Positions 11,807 through 22,371 of a stretch of 64,000 nt of DNA are shown in pieces; the stretch's first letter is position 1, and each line of letters starts with the position of its first letter. The translations under genes were made by a program, and so were the position numbers. The notes under the pieces were generated by a model. That model was not told the DNA's origin. It made no database searches and worked only from the letters and a program-made list of their open reading frames with translations. The stretch lies in the NCBI GenBank assembly GCA_045862955.1, contig BTVI01000009.1, positions 1-64,000 on the forward strand, in the 5' to 3' direction. Origin of the DNA: Fimbriimonadales bacterium. Lineage in GTDB: Bacteria > Armatimonadota > Fimbriimonadia > Fimbriimonadales > JABRVX01.

Positions 11807-13845
11807 TTGTTCACCCCTTCCGGCCCGGGCGTGATGCGCGGACCAACGTCGGCTAGGTCGAGTGGGCGGAACCCCAGTGTCAGCGCGGGTGACCCGTCCT
11901 CGAGGCGGAAGTCCCCGCGATCCGGATTCACGAACAGGGGGTCGGCGATCTTGCTTCTGAGGTCATGCCCTCGCGCCTGCCATTCGTTCCATCCGACCTG
12001 TCCGAATCTCACCTCTCGTCCCGAGCGGTCGTAGTAGAGGTTATCTTCCATCTCGAATTGGTCGTCTGCCCAGTTTCCCCCGAGCAGGTCGCCCTGCTCG
12101 TAGTACACGATATTGCGCAAGAAGCGAAACGAAACATGCCCTTCCATTCGGCTGCGCTGAAGCTGCCACTCCCGTGAGAAGGCGAAGATGTTGTTACGTA
12201 CCAGGTTCTCGCGGCCATAGTGCTGGTGGAACCCACCCGTCTTAGTGCGGTATACGAGATTGTTCTCCAAAAGGATTTGGGAGCTCCCTTCATCGGTGTA
12301 CAGCCCCCATCCGCCGTAGCTATAAGAGATGCAGTCGTGTACGAGATTGCCTACCACTTTCGTGCCTGGCGAGACGCCGAGCGTATAGACGCCTGCCAGG
12401 TCGCTCAGCACCCCGCGCCCGACGTGGTGTATGTGGTTCTTCTCCACGCGGTTGTGCACTGCTTTGCTTTCGCCATAACCCCACACCCAGCCGACTGACA
12501 CTCCCGTATAGTCCAGGTCGTGAATGTGATTGTGCACCACGTCGTTGTGGCCACTGTTTCCGATCCACACTCCCACTGCGCTGTGAAACAGCTTGCCGCC
12601 GTCTCCTATGTCACAGTCGGATATGGTAGTGCGCGTGCTGCCGTGCTGGATCTTGACGCCGCCGGCACCCATGTCCGTCATGTGGCATCCCTGTATGCGC
12701 ACGTCCTCACACCCTGGCCCTACTTCGATGGCATAGGTTCCTAGCTGCGACATCTCGCAGTGCACTACCGCACAAGCGCGAGCACCCTCGAAAAGGATCG
12801 CCCCGGGCACTTCGTATGCCGCTTGCACCGAGCCTGCATCTCCGTCCGGATAAGCGTACCCCGTGTGTCGGAACGTCAATCCGCGAAAGGACACGTGCTC
12901 CACGGGACGCCGCTCTTCAGTGTCAGCTCTCAACCTAATGAGAGTAGTCAGCCGCGGTGCTACCATAGAAGTGCTCTTTGGGGATTCGCCTGGCAGTGGT
13001 AGGTACGTCAAGACGCCGTCGCGGCTTGCTAGATGCCAAGTGCCCGGCTCTGTCAGAGCCTCGTACACGTTCTCGAGGTAGTACCGTGCTCCTCGGTCAG
13101 CGGCGAAGTCGTCCGACAGGCGAAAGGTACTCTTGCGGTCGAGGGTGACTAGTTTCTGCCCCTCGTCCACGCTGGCGATGCGCATGCGCGACTCGATCCA
13201 GAAGTGCAGAGCTACTACCTCCACGTCGGTGAGGTGGCTCCATGGCTGGATGTCACCGACAGCGAAAATGAACCGATCCTGACCTTCGTTCCAGGGCTGG
13301 CCCTCCGTCCGATCGGGGAGGGATACGATTCGGTAGTACCCTTCCTTGGGCAGGCGGGATCGGAATCGTCGCTCGCCGTTGACGAAGAGCTGGCGAAACG
13401 GTGAAGGCTGCATCGCCTCCGTAGGCACCTCGACGGTCCAGGCCGGCCTGCCGTTGACCACGGCCGAACGCATCCCGCTCAGCCGCACGCCACCACTCAG
13501 TACGGGCCGCTCTCCCGGATACGCTTCGTAGCGGATCGGGCAGGCAGCGGTGCCCGAGTCCGAGGGACCGAGTTCGAATGTGCGTGTCAAGTAGTACGTG
13601 CCTGCGCGCAGCTGGACGTGCACCGGCTGCTTCAGCCCTCCCTCTCTGCGTCGCATCGCACGGATGGCATCCCGGGCGCGCTCGAGCCGCGCGAAGGGGC
13701 CGTCCGTGCGGTCACGATTCGGCTCGGGGAGCTTCCCGGTCCATGCGTCGTTGCCTTTGGGCGAGACATAGTACGTGACCGCGTCACCGCGCACGGTCGT
13801 GGTCACCGTCATCGCGGCCACCGAGAGAGCGAGAGAGAGGAGCAT
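11803..13845 (-). CDS. Secreted right-handed parallel beta-helix protein (GH141-like glycosidase/lyase)
   Basis: Signal peptide; [57 protein letters not shown]; 4-nt overlap with URO-D gene. Confidence 0.85.
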   Translation of the reverse strand: MLLSLALSVAAMTVTTTVRGDAVTYYVSPKGNDAWTGKLPEPNRDRTDGPFARLERARDAIRAMRRREGGLKQPVHVQLRAGTYYLTRTFELGPSDSGTAACPIRYEAYPGERPVLSGGVRLSGMRSAVVNGRPAWTVEVPTEAMQPSPFRQLFVNGERRFRSRLPKEGYYRIVSLPDRTEGQPWNEGQDRFIFAVGDIQPWSHLTDVEVVALHFWIESRMRIASVDEGQKLVTLDRKSTFRLSDDFAADRGARYYLENVYEALTEPGTWHLASRDGVLTYLPLPGESPKSTSMVAPRLTTLIRLRADTEERRPVEHVSFRGLTFRHTGYAYPDGDAGSVQAAYEVPGAILFEGARACAVVHCEMSQLGTYAIEVGPGCEDVRIQGCHMTDMGAGGVKIQHGSTRTTISDCDIGDGGKLFHSAVGVWIGNSGHNDVVHNHIHDLDYTGVSVGWVWGYGESKAVHNRVEKNHIHHVGRGVLSDLAGVYTLGVSPGTKVVGNLVHDCISYSYGGWGLYTDEGSSQILLENNLVYRTKTGGFHQHYGRENLVRNNIFAFSREWQLQRSRMEGHVSFRFLRNIVYYEQGDLLGGNWADDQFEMEDNLYYDRSGREVRFGQVGWNEWQARGHDLRSKIADPLFVNPDRGDFRLEDGSPALTLGFRPLDLADVGPRITPGPEGVNK

Positions 13846-13995
13846 AGTCCGGACACCTGCGCGTTGCTTTGTTCATTCCGTTCGCCCGCAGTCTGCTCAT
13901 CCCTGCTGAGGACCTACGGCATTTGTGCCGAGAATCACACTACGCGGCACGCGCATGGGCATCGCCGCGAAACCTAGAGCGGTTTGTCAAAGCTA

Positions 13996-14664
13996 ATGCT
14001 GAAAAGGCTGCAGTGCCGGAAGTATCAGGGTTGGATCACCCGTTATCTCACCAGGGACCTGGACCCAGAGGCTCGAGTCGAGCAGTTCGAGCGACACGTC
14101 GCCGAGTGCGATGTGTGCAAACAGGCCGTTGCAGAGAAACGGACGCTCCTAAACGAGTTGCTGGCTCGCAACGCCTCGGAGGAGGACCTCCAAGAAGCTC
14201 TTGCAGCCCTGGGTTTGGCTCCTCGGATCAATCGGCCCCTCGGCGTGGCAATGTCCGTGGTGCTGATCGCTGCGCTGTTCGTTTCCGCCTACTTGTGGCG
14301 GTTGGCGAACCCCGCAGACAGCCTCTTGGGCCCGAAGGCTACCACCATGGGTGTCGGACAAGCGAAGCCACCGGCGAGCGAGCCGGAGCCACACAGGCAG
14401 ACGAACCCGCCTGCGAGCGGGGAACGCGTGGCCGACACGACAACGCCGCCCGAGAAAGCTGTAAGAGCCGCTGCGTCCAAACCGGAGCCGCCGAGGTCGG
14501 TAGTCGAGCCTCGGCCGAAGCAACAGCGGAGGGCGGCTCAGCCCGCAGTCCGGCGCCCCACGCCACAGCCTCAGCCGAGCAAGCCGCAACCCCGGTCCGA
14601 AGTGGAGATCCTGGACTCGTCCGGCTCGGTGGTTCGACGCGCCGGGTCGAGCCTCTCGCATTAA
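13996..14664 (+). CDS. zf-HC2 (anti-sigma-like zinc finger) single-pass membrane protein
   Basis: C..YQGWI..YL..DL....FERHVAECDVC (HxxxCxxC), one TM helix, Pro-rich tail; start uncertain. Confidence 0.75.
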   Translation: MLKRLQCRKYQGWITRYLTRDLDPEARVEQFERHVAECDVCKQAVAEKRTLLNELLARNASEEDLQEALAALGLAPRINRPLGVAMSVVLIAALFVSAYLWRLANPADSLLGPKATTMGVGQAKPPASEPEPHRQTNPPASGERVADTTTPPEKAVRAAASKPEPPRSVVEPRPKQQRRAAQPAVRRPTPQPQPSKPQPRSEVEILDSSGSVVRRAGSSLSH

Positions 14665-14679
14665 GGAGTAGAACGCAAC

Positions 14680-15459
14680 ATGAGATGGGTAGCGCTCGCG
14701 ATTGCCACCTTCCTCGTCATGACTGCAGCCGCGCAGAATGGGGCAACGACTTCTGATTCCACGCCCAAGTACAGCATCGAGTCCTCCGGCCGCGACGTGC
14801 GCGATGCTATTCACAGCCTCTTCACCCAGGCGCACAAGAACTACATCCTGGACAGCTCGGTACGCCACCAGCTCTACATGTCCGTCTACGATGTCGAGTT
14901 CGACGTGGCATTCGACCTGCTGCTCACGCAGGCGAAGCTCAGCTACGAGATACGTGACGGCGTGTATTACATCGGCCCTCAGCCGGTAGTGGTCGCGTCG
15001 AGCGGGCGCCCAGGCTCGGACTTCGACTGGACGGCCATTCTCGGTCGCACCGTTACCCTGAAAGAACAGAAGGTCGCCCTCAACAACGCCTTCGCATCGC
15101 TCGGGAAGCTCGCAGGCATCCAGATCCGCGTGGAGCCCACCGTGCCCAACTACCTCGTCAACATCTCCTTCTCCAACGTTACGCTGCGATACGCGTTGGA
15201 CACTCTGACGAAGGCCGCTCAGCTCTCGTGGGAGCCGATGCTGGACGGCTCGATTCGGATCGGCAAGGCGACGACGAATACACCGGTGGCCGAAAAGCCT
15301 TCGGCCGTTATCGAAACGGCGGGCAAAGGAAACGTGGGGCCTGCGCCCCAGCCGGCAGCCCAGATGAAGTGCCCCAACTGCAAGCATGAGCTGAAGGAGA
15401 ACTGGAAGTACTGTCCTTCGTGTGGTTACTGGGTGAAGCCGATCACCACGAAGAGCTGA
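14680..15459 (+). CDS. Secreted protein with secretin/TonB short N-terminal (STN)-like repeats and C-terminal zinc ribbon
   Basis: AAGGAG RBS; signal peptide; DVRDAIHSLF/V.F..A.D.LL type repeats; CPNC...WKYCPSCG. Confidence 0.7.
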   Translation: MRWVALAIATFLVMTAAAQNGATTSDSTPKYSIESSGRDVRDAIHSLFTQAHKNYILDSSVRHQLYMSVYDVEFDVAFDLLLTQAKLSYEIRDGVYYIGPQPVVVASSGRPGSDFDWTAILGRTVTLKEQKVALNNAFASLGKLAGIQIRVEPTVPNYLVNISFSNVTLRYALDTLTKAAQLSWEPMLDGSIRIGKATTNTPVAEKPSAVIETAGKGNVGPAPQPAAQMKCPNCKHELKENWKYCPSCGYWVKPITTKS

Positions 15460-15478
15460 ACTCGTCCCGCCCCGCTTA

Positions 15479-15519
15479 CGGCCCCGGAACCCGAGACGTC
15501 TTCCGGGGCCGTTCTCTTT
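15479..15519 (+). terminator. Putative intrinsic terminator
   Basis: cggccccggaa...ttccggggccg stem followed by ttctcttt, just after stop 15459. Confidence 0.6.
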
Positions 15520-15616
15520 GCCGGCATTGCTGGGTCGAATGGGCCTCCTGATTTCTTAGGGTAGCTAAAATCCGTAGTATATGGTAAGGTATCGGCGGAT
15601 TCTGGAGGAGTGTGAC

Positions 15617-15997
15617 ATGTCCATAACCTTGACGGAGCGCGCGGCGACGGAGATCAAGAACCTGCTGAACGAGCAGAACAAGCAGGAAGCGTATTTGCGA
15701 GTGTGGGTCGCAGGAGGCGGCTGTTCGGGCCTGCAGTACGGGATGGCAATCGACGACGGCCAGCCCGAAGAGAACGATCAGACGTTCGACAGCCACGGCG
15801 TGAGGGTGCTGATCGACTCGCTTAGCCTGAGCTACATGGCCGGCTCCGAGGTCGATTACGTGGAAGACGTTCTTGGCGGTGGGTTCAAGATCGACAACCC
15901 CAACGCGGCGGCGGCATGCGGTTGCGGTAGCTCGTTCTCGACGGAAGAGGGCGAGGGTACCGCGGGCGGCGGTTGTGGCGGCTGTCGCGGAATGTAG
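15617..15997 (+). CDS. Fe-S cluster assembly accessory protein, HesB/IscA/ErpA family
   Basis: ITLTERAA, GGGCSGLQY, SLSYMAGSEVDY, NPNA..ACGCGSSF; GGAGGA RBS. Confidence 0.95.
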   Translation: MSITLTERAATEIKNLLNEQNKQEAYLRVWVAGGGCSGLQYGMAIDDGQPEENDQTFDSHGVRVLIDSLSLSYMAGSEVDYVEDVLGGGFKIDNPNAAAACGCGSSFSTEEGEGTAGGGCGGCRGM

Positions 15998-16029
15998 CTG
16001 GCGAATTTCCCGGAGGCTCGCATGTAGGA

Positions 16030-16060
16030 GGGGCCGCTCGGCGGATGGCCGAGCGGCCTT
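16030..16060 (+). terminator. Hairpin after iscA-like gene
   Basis: ggccgctcggc ggatg gccgagcggcc inverted repeat; weak U-tract. Confidence 0.4.
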
Positions 16061-16134
16061 CGCCATTGGTGCGCTCGGTAGGCTGCACATGCCAGAGCTG
16101 CGGGTAGTCGCGTATACTGGGCCGGGAGGGCGCG

Positions 16135-17916
16135 GTGTCCGAAGAGAAGGAAGACCGGATCCTTAGGCTCCTGGAGCAGATTGACATCCGACTCCAGCGG
16201 CTCGAGCGCACACTGGGGTCTAACCCGCTGGTTCATCGCGAGAGAGAGAGGGAGGTCGAGCGCGAGCCGATCCCCGCCTCGACTCCAGCCCCACCGCCGG
16301 TCCGCTTAGCGCCACCCCACCCCTCGGCAGAGTCTGCGCCCAGACCGGAGCAGAAGCCCGATGACACCGAGACCACCGCACTGGTGCTCGGATATATCGC
16401 GATTGCGGCACTCTTCGTCGGTCTCGCCTACTTCCTTCACTGGGCGGTGCTCTCTGGGGTGCTGAGCCCCATCGCCGCGGTCTTGTCGGGAGTGGGTTGC
16501 GGGCTGGCGCTGATGGCGGTGGGCGAGATGGCGCGCGGACCGTATGCCCGCTTCGGGCACCTGCTGCACGGTGGCGGCCTTGCGCTCGTGTACGTAGCGC
16601 TGTACGTCGGATGGCTGCGCTACGAGGCTCTAAGTGACGTCCAAGGGATCACCGCCACCTCCGCGGTGACGGCCGTGGCGATGGCCCTGGCGGTGTGGCG
16701 CAATGCAGTGCTGACCGCGGTGCTCGCGAGCGTGGGTGGCTACACCACTACCTTGCTGATAGGACTGGCGGAGGGACAGGAGATCGTCTTTCTCACCTAT
16801 CTGCTGGTCCTCAACGCGGGCGTGTTAGGTGTGTCGCTGCGCCAGCGCTGGCCGGGCTTCACGCTGGGTGCATTGTTCGCGGCTTGCGTGTGTCTCGCGG
16901 GCCACCTTCTTCCCAGGTTCACGCACGAGGTCACCCCCCTCGATGCAACCATGCTTGCCTACCTCACGTTCTACTTCTTCGAGTTCGTCGCCGCGGCCAG
17001 CATCCCCGTGGTTCGGAAGGCCGAGGGCACGCGCGACGTCGAGGTCACCGTGTTCTTCGTCGCTACCGCGGCCTATTACGCCGGGTGCTGGTTGTTGGTG
17101 TTCGCGAAGGACGAGTGGCGTGTGTGGCTGGGTGCGTTCACGTTCTGCCTGGCCCTGCTGCTCTATTTCGTGTCTTGGCTGCTTCGCGAGTCGAGCGGCG
17201 AGTCCGAAGGGCTGAGCCTATTGGCGAAAGGGCTGTCACTCGCGCTGTTCACTGCGGCAATCCCGATCCAGTTCTCGGGAGCCGTGCCAGCCGTGCTGTG
17301 GGCGGCCGAGGCGTGTGCGCTCCTGTGGTCCGGCCTGCGAGAGGAGCGCGCGCGCATTCGCCTGGCCGCGCTGTCCATCGCGACGCTCACCGTGTTGCGC
17401 GTGCTGGTAGTTGACAGCTCGCTGACGTGGCACCCGTGGTTCAACGATCGCCTTGTGGCCTTTCTGGCAAGCATCTCGATGTGTGCGTTCTTCGCCGTGA
17501 CCTTCAGGAGGTACCAGCAGGCGGTGCTCTACGAGAAGGTGCTGCCCGTGGCGTTCGGTGTCAGTGCTTGCGCACTGGGGATCATCGCATCGAGCCTCGA
17601 GGTGTGGGACTACTTCATAGTGCTGCGCAAGGACCCGCTGATGGCGCAGGCGATGCTCAGCATTGTGTGGGCAGTGTGGGGAATGGCGATCGTCATCTAT
17701 GGCGCGAGTCGGATGAGCCCTGCCGCACGGTGGTCCGGTCTTGCGCTATTCGGGCTGGCAGCGGCGAAGCTGCTTCTCGCCGACCTACCGAAGATGGGTG
17801 AGGGATATCTAGCGCTGAGCTTCATCGGAATCGGCGTGCTGCTGCTGGTGGCTGCGTGGTTCTACTTCCGATCGGCGATCCGGGCGAAAGGGAGCGGTAC
17901 CGGCGGCACGTCCTGA
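16135..17916 (+). CDS. DUF2339 family predicted membrane protein
   Basis: N-terminal coiled coil plus Pro-rich linker, many TM helices, C-terminal SIVWA..G / AKLLLADL / SFIGIGVLLL pattern. Confidence 0.8.
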   Translation: MSEEKEDRILRLLEQIDIRLQRLERTLGSNPLVHREREREVEREPIPASTPAPPPVRLAPPHPSAESAPRPEQKPDDTETTALVLGYIAIAALFVGLAYFLHWAVLSGVLSPIAAVLSGVGCGLALMAVGEMARGPYARFGHLLHGGGLALVYVALYVGWLRYEALSDVQGITATSAVTAVAMALAVWRNAVLTAVLASVGGYTTTLLIGLAEGQEIVFLTYLLVLNAGVLGVSLRQRWPGFTLGALFAACVCLAGHLLPRFTHEVTPLDATMLAYLTFYFFEFVAAASIPVVRKAEGTRDVEVTVFFVATAAYYAGCWLLVFAKDEWRVWLGAFTFCLALLLYFVSWLLRESSGESEGLSLLAKGLSLALFTAAIPIQFSGAVPAVLWAAEACALLWSGLREERARIRLAALSIATLTVLRVLVVDSSLTWHPWFNDRLVAFLASISMCAFFAVTFRRYQQAVLYEKVLPVAFGVSACALGIIASSLEVWDYFIVLRKDPLMAQAMLSIVWAVWGMAIVIYGASRMSPAARWSGLALFGLAAAKLLLADLPKMGEGYLALSFIGIGVLLLVAAWFYFRSAIRAKGSGTGGTS

Positions 17917-17949
17917 GGGTTGTTGCAGACACGGGGAAGCCGGTGGTAC

Positions 17950-18021
17950 TGTCATCCCGAGGGAGCGACGAGTGAGTCTCGCGGTGACTCCACTGCCCCG
18001 GCGTGCGACCGAGGGATGACA
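17950..18021. repeat. REP-like palindrome family C between convergent genes
   Basis: tgtcatcccgagggagcgac ... gcgaccgagggatgaca inverted ends. Confidence 0.6.
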
Positions 18022-18090
18022 GGTTGGATCTGTCACGGTGCTGCGCAAGGCGCTCGAACCACGTGCTGCGGTCTGACCGTGACGGCGAAG

Positions 18091-18615
18091 CTACCTGGCC
18101 GGCGCAGGGACCTTCTTGGCAACCACCGACAGCGCGGCGAGCGCCTCGGCCTTCGCGGCGGCATCCGAACCCGTAACCATGATAGTTACGAAGTAGCCCC
18201 CTCGTACCCAGTACACACTGGTGGCGCCACCCACCGTCACGACGAAGCCCTTACCCGGAGCCGGCGTTTGCTCGCGCTTTTCCTTGGCGTTCACCTTCTC
18301 CCAGTGTTGCAGGAACGCCGAGGCGGAGTTGGCGGTGCGCATGGTATGAGTGGTAATCGTCAGGTAAAGCTTGTCCTTTCGGTATAGCCTCTGCGCCGCC
18401 TCGACCACTCCGGCGTTCACATACGTCATGTAGCCGCCGTCGTAGATTCCGGTCAGCCCATCGCCCGCGCCGTACTGATACGACCCCTTCACCTCCTGCC
18501 AACCAGTCAGCTCGGAAACACCGGGTAGTAGCCGCGCAGCCTTCGAGTTCTCTCCCTGACCATTCGCAATCGAAGCGGCGAGATAGAGAAGTACTAACAG
18601 TGTTCGTGCGGTCAT
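18091..18615 (-). CDS. Secreted hypothetical protein (DUF6599-like)
   Basis: Signal peptide; Y...GLTGIYDGG...Y...G motif; 4-nt overlap with upstream DUF362 gene. Confidence 0.65.
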   Translation of the reverse strand: MTARTLLVLLYLAASIANGQGENSKAARLLPGVSELTGWQEVKGSYQYGAGDGLTGIYDGGYMTYVNAGVVEAAQRLYRKDKLYLTITTHTMRTANSASAFLQHWEKVNAKEKREQTPAPGKGFVVTVGGATSVYWVRGGYFVTIMVTGSDAAAKAEALAALSVVAKKVPAPAR

Positions 18616-19601
18616 CCTACTGTCACCACGGAGATGCGTGCGGGGTCGGCGACCCCCAGGCCCAGCTTCTCAGCGGTGGCGAGATGCCTGACCGGGCGCC
18701 CCGCTTCGGCGAGAGGTGGCAGTCCCACTTCCTTGCGGCGATCCTCGATCATCTTCCAACCGACGTAGTCTAGCGCTACCGGGTCCGTGGAAGCCAGGAT
18801 GCAGTTTTGGTCCCACAGGTACTGCGGATTGAGACCTGGCCCTCCGTTGCAGAGTGCCCGGATGGCATCACACATGATGAGCCTGGTCTTGTCCTTGATA
18901 GCCGGCACGTTGTTGAGGTCGGCGAGGTAGGGATCGCAGTTGTTACCGTGGTGCGCACCCGGGTTGTTGCAGGTGCCATAGTGGTTCTTGAATGCAATGG
19001 TGACACCCGCTGTCCCATGATCCTTGAGAATGGGCACGTTGGCCAAGGCGGTGATGCGCTGTGTCAGGATGCGCGTCAGCTTCCCGTTGAAGGACCCCTG
19101 CTGCGTGTTGTTCTCCTCGTACTCGCCGTTGGTCCCGTAGCAGCGAACCCCCGGTCCGTCACGGTTGATCTCGTAGCCGGACTTCGCCAGGTCACCGTCG
19201 CTGCGATCCCAAAGGATGATGTTCTCGGGCTTCACGCCCGCGAGCTGAATCCCCTCCGCAACAGCATAGGCCACCTCGGGATGGGTGGACGCATTCACAC
19301 CGAAGAGGCAGTTGAGCTTGACGCCTACGACATCGCTAGACTTGAAGTAGCGGCTCCACGCCGCCTTGTCGGTGCTCTCTCCGCTCAGCTTGCGCACCGC
19401 TTCGAACACCATCTTCTTCACCACGTCCGCCCGATAGCGATGCTCGGAATCCTGCGCTTCGGGGTTGCGCACTACCACCACGGTCGCCTTCGGCTGTGCC
19501 TCTTTCTGCAGCACGCCGGCAGCTCTGCTTCCGATGGCCAGACCCAACCCGGCGGCTGCCGCTCCTTTCAGAAAGTCTCTCCTCGATTGTCCCGTGTCCA
19601 T
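18612..19601 (-). CDS. Tat-exported DUF362 domain protein
   Basis: SRRDFLK Tat motif from ATG 19601; VGVKLN, T.PEV, NVPILKDH..AGVT...KN.YG, STDPVALD. Confidence 0.88.
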   Translation of the reverse strand: MDTGQSRRDFLKGAAAAGLGLAIGSRAAGVLQKEAQPKATVVVVRNPEAQDSEHRYRADVVKKMVFEAVRKLSGESTDKAAWSRYFKSSDVVGVKLNCLFGVNASTHPEVAYAVAEGIQLAGVKPENIILWDRSDGDLAKSGYEINRDGPGVRCYGTNGEYEENNTQQGSFNGKLTRILTQRITALANVPILKDHGTAGVTIAFKNHYGTCNNPGAHHGNNCDPYLADLNNVPAIKDKTRLIMCDAIRALCNGGPGLNPQYLWDQNCILASTDPVALDYVGWKMIEDRRKEVGLPPLAEAGRPVRHLATAEKLGLGVADPARISVVTVG

Positions 19602-19605
19602 TTCG

Positions 19606-21255
19606 CTATTGCCCTCCGTAGGGTGACGGTCGTTCGGGGGTCGGCGCGCCCTCGGACGGAGGACGCGACTTGGCGGCGCGCTCCGCCGCCTCGAAAATCG
19701 CCCGTTGCCGTTCGCGCGGCAGATGCCTCTTATCGCCGAGGGAGGCCACTCGGATGGCTGCCACCGGCTGGATGGGACACTTGGTTTCACATTCGCCGCA
19801 GCCGGTGCACTTTCCCTCGTCCACGAAGGGCCTGCGCCGTCCGTCCACGACCTTCCAGTGCAGGGCGCGGTACGAACACACCTCGTCGCAAACCAGGCAG
19901 TGCTTGTCGTTCGCCCACACCAGGCAGGTGCTGCGGTCTATGAACGCGGTTCCGATATACAGATACTTCTTTTCGGCCGCCGAGAACGCCCGAATCGCAT
20001 CGGTAGGGCAGGTCTGGCCGCACAGGGTGCAGTGCTGCGAGCAATAGCCGATACGCGGAACGAGCACGGGGGTCCAGAAGCCTTCGAGGCCCGCTTCGGC
20101 GATGGCGGGCTGAAGGCCGTTGGTGGGACACGCCTTCATGCATAGCCCGCAGCGTGTGCACAGGTCGAGGAACTCGTCTTCCGGCGCGCTACCGGGTGGA
20201 CGGATCAGGCCGGGGCTGGAGACCCGGATCTGAGTGTTTCCGCTCCGCTTCGAACCGGGATCTCCTTTGGCCAGCGCTGCAAAGAGCAACCCTCCTGCTG
20301 CGGCCCCGAGGAGCCTTCGCCTGGAGAGGTCCAGCTCGGTATGGCACTGCTGCTTGCCCAAGCGGATCGGGAAGCCTGTGCCGCGAGGCGCGCATACCTC
20401 CACGCAGTTGAAGCAGTAGATGCACTCGGTGGCCTGATAGTGTTTCGGATCGGCCTTGATAGCACCCATCTTGCACGAGCGATCGCAGGCCGTGCACCCG
20501 GTACATGCGTCATCGGAAACGGTGCGCCTCACCAACCCCCAACGTGACAGCAATGCTAACAGCGCGCCGAGCGGGCACAGGTTGCGACACCAATAGCGAC
20601 GAGAGACGAGACCGAGAGCCAAGATGCCTGCGAACAAGACAGCGGCCACTAGTCCCATGCGGAAGTGGGGCGATATTTCGGTGATAAGCCTGGACTGCAC
20701 GATACCGGGTGCTACGTCGTACACCCACGACTGCCCCTGCACCCAGTGACCCGCGAGCGTGAAGACGGGGACGAGAACCCAGATGACCGTGCGCGTGATG
20801 AGACTGATCGGATCGAGGAGGTAAGTGAGCTGTGACGAGAACAGGGCGGCAACCGCGAGGCCACCTAACAGGTAGTACTTCAGGTTGCGTGCGCGGCTCT
20901 CGCCCTGCTCGCGCTTCTTGTGGATCAGGTAGCGGTCCGAGAGGTCTATCGCCGTCCCCATCGGGCACACCCACCCGCAGAAGAAGCGTCCGAACAGCAA
21001 CGTCCCCACAACGATCACGCTGGAGTACAACGCCGCATCCAGCAGCCAAGTGCGAGATGCGAGCATGGCGGTGAGTGCTACCAGCGGGTCGGCCCTCAAG
21101 AAAAGGTCGGGGGGAACGGCCGAGCGCAGGGGGAACACCGTGACGGAGATCAGCCACAGGAACAGCAGTAGGAAGGCGACCTGCACCCAGCGCCGCGAGG
21201 TGCGCATCGTCCACCGCTTGCGCTTCGGTCTCGTGGTCGCTGCCGCGGTCGTCAC
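19606..21255 (-). CDS. Membrane polyferredoxin, NapH/MauN-like fused to NapG/MauM-like 4Fe-4S domain
   Basis: GRFFCGWVCPMG, WCRNLCPLG, several CxxCxxCxxxCP motifs, internal SRRRLL, IRPPGS. Confidence 0.9.
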   Translation of the reverse strand: MTTAAATTRPKRKRWTMRTSRRWVQVAFLLLFLWLISVTVFPLRSAVPPDLFLRADPLVALTAMLASRTWLLDAALYSSVIVVGTLLFGRFFCGWVCPMGTAIDLSDRYLIHKKREQGESRARNLKYYLLGGLAVAALFSSQLTYLLDPISLITRTVIWVLVPVFTLAGHWVQGQSWVYDVAPGIVQSRLITEISPHFRMGLVAAVLFAGILALGLVSRRYWCRNLCPLGALLALLSRWGLVRRTVSDDACTGCTACDRSCKMGAIKADPKHYQATECIYCFNCVEVCAPRGTGFPIRLGKQQCHTELDLSRRRLLGAAAGGLLFAALAKGDPGSKRSGNTQIRVSSPGLIRPPGSAPEDEFLDLCTRCGLCMKACPTNGLQPAIAEAGLEGFWTPVLVPRIGYCSQHCTLCGQTCPTDAIRAFSAAEKKYLYIGTAFIDRSTCLVWANDKHCLVCDEVCSYRALHWKVVDGRRRPFVDEGKCTGCGECETKCPIQPVAAIRVASLGDKRHLPRERQRAIFEAAERAAKSRPPSEGAPTPERPSPYGGQ

Positions 21256-21264
21256 CCGATGCCC

Positions 21265-22236
21265 CTAAGCCCGCAGGATCTTCATCTTGTTTAAGTCCGT
21301 CTCGCCGAGGCCCATCTCTCCTGCCAGCCGGAGGTACTCCACATCGTCGGGCTTCATCCCGAACAGCGTGGCTGCATATGCGTCAGCTGCTACCGCATCC
21401 ACCGAAGCAATGACTTGCCGTGTGTCCTTGGTAGGTCCCGGGCCCTTCGGCCCCATGCCTACCAGAATGCGGACCGCGTCCACGATGGTTAGATGGGGTC
21501 GCACGCCTGTTAGGTAGTCGGCGATGCACTGGTCCAGCGAGCGCGAGCGGTGCCACTCCTGCCGGTCCCATACCACCCCCATCAAGTTTTTCATACCGAT
21601 GCTCAGGCGCGCTTGGCTGTGATCTTTCGCAATGGGAATGTTGATGAAGCAGTCGGCCCGCCGCACCTCCTTGGCCACGGTGGCAGCTGTCAGTTCCCTC
21701 CCATACGGCAGGCTCAGCGGCTCGTACTGCGCTTCTCGGTTGGCGGCGACGATCTCGCCTCCCGCTTCGTGCACCGCTTGCTGAATGCCGCTCATCTCGA
21801 AACAGATGTCGGAGGGCTGGTCGCAGGTGTGCTCTACTACCAAGACGCGCGACGCGCCCGCCTGCTTACACATCCGCACGACGGCGGCCACGACTTCGGG
21901 ATTGGTGTTTGCGGCCTGCTCGGGGAGGCGCTGCCAGCCGACGTTGGGCTTCAGCACCACGAACGAGCCTTTCTCGACGAAGGCCTCGATGCCGCCGAGC
22001 GGCTTCAGCGCCTGCTCCACCAACTTCGCGGGCGTGCCACCCTCGGCGACGGACACCACTCCCACGGAGGCGACGGGGAGAGTCGGGGGCTTTGTGCTCG
22101 GCAGGCTCGCTTGTTCCTTGCCGCAGCCGGCTGCGAGCGCCGCAGCCCCGAGTCCTGCCCACTTCAGAAACTCGCGCCGGTTCAGTTCGCTCACGCCGCA
22201 ATCCCGGTCGCGCTGCTTCTCGTCTCGTTCGGACAT
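21265..22236 (-). CDS. Tat-exported DUF362 domain (lipo)protein
   Basis: AGGAGG RBS; NRREFLK Tat motif plus LAAGC lipobox; VVLKPN, NTNPEVV, INIPIAKDH, MKNLMG, DAVAADA. Confidence 0.9.
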   Translation of the reverse strand: MSERDEKQRDRDCGVSELNRREFLKWAGLGAAALAAGCGKEQASLPSTKPPTLPVASVGVVSVAEGGTPAKLVEQALKPLGGIEAFVEKGSFVVLKPNVGWQRLPEQAANTNPEVVAAVVRMCKQAGASRVLVVEHTCDQPSDICFEMSGIQQAVHEAGGEIVAANREAQYEPLSLPYGRELTAATVAKEVRRADCFINIPIAKDHSQARLSIGMKNLMGVVWDRQEWHRSRSLDQCIADYLTGVRPHLTIVDAVRILVGMGPKGPGPTKDTRQVIASVDAVAADAYAATLFGMKPDDVEYLRLAGEMGLGETDLNKMKILRA

Positions 22237-22371
22237 CGGTCTCACCTCCTAACTCCCCAGCGCGGAGGCGTTCCGTCCCCATTGTGACACCGAACGAGGC
22301 AAAGTGAGAACGAAAGGGAGGGGCTGCGTAGCCCAACGCAGGGAGATGACGGCCCAACGGCTCACGCTGAC

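Noticed and set aside
348..22287. Long shadow ORFs (348-1667, 2066-3037, 14149-15387, 18807-19943, 21550-22287)
   Set aside because: They overlap well-supported genes and are expected in GC-rich DNA.
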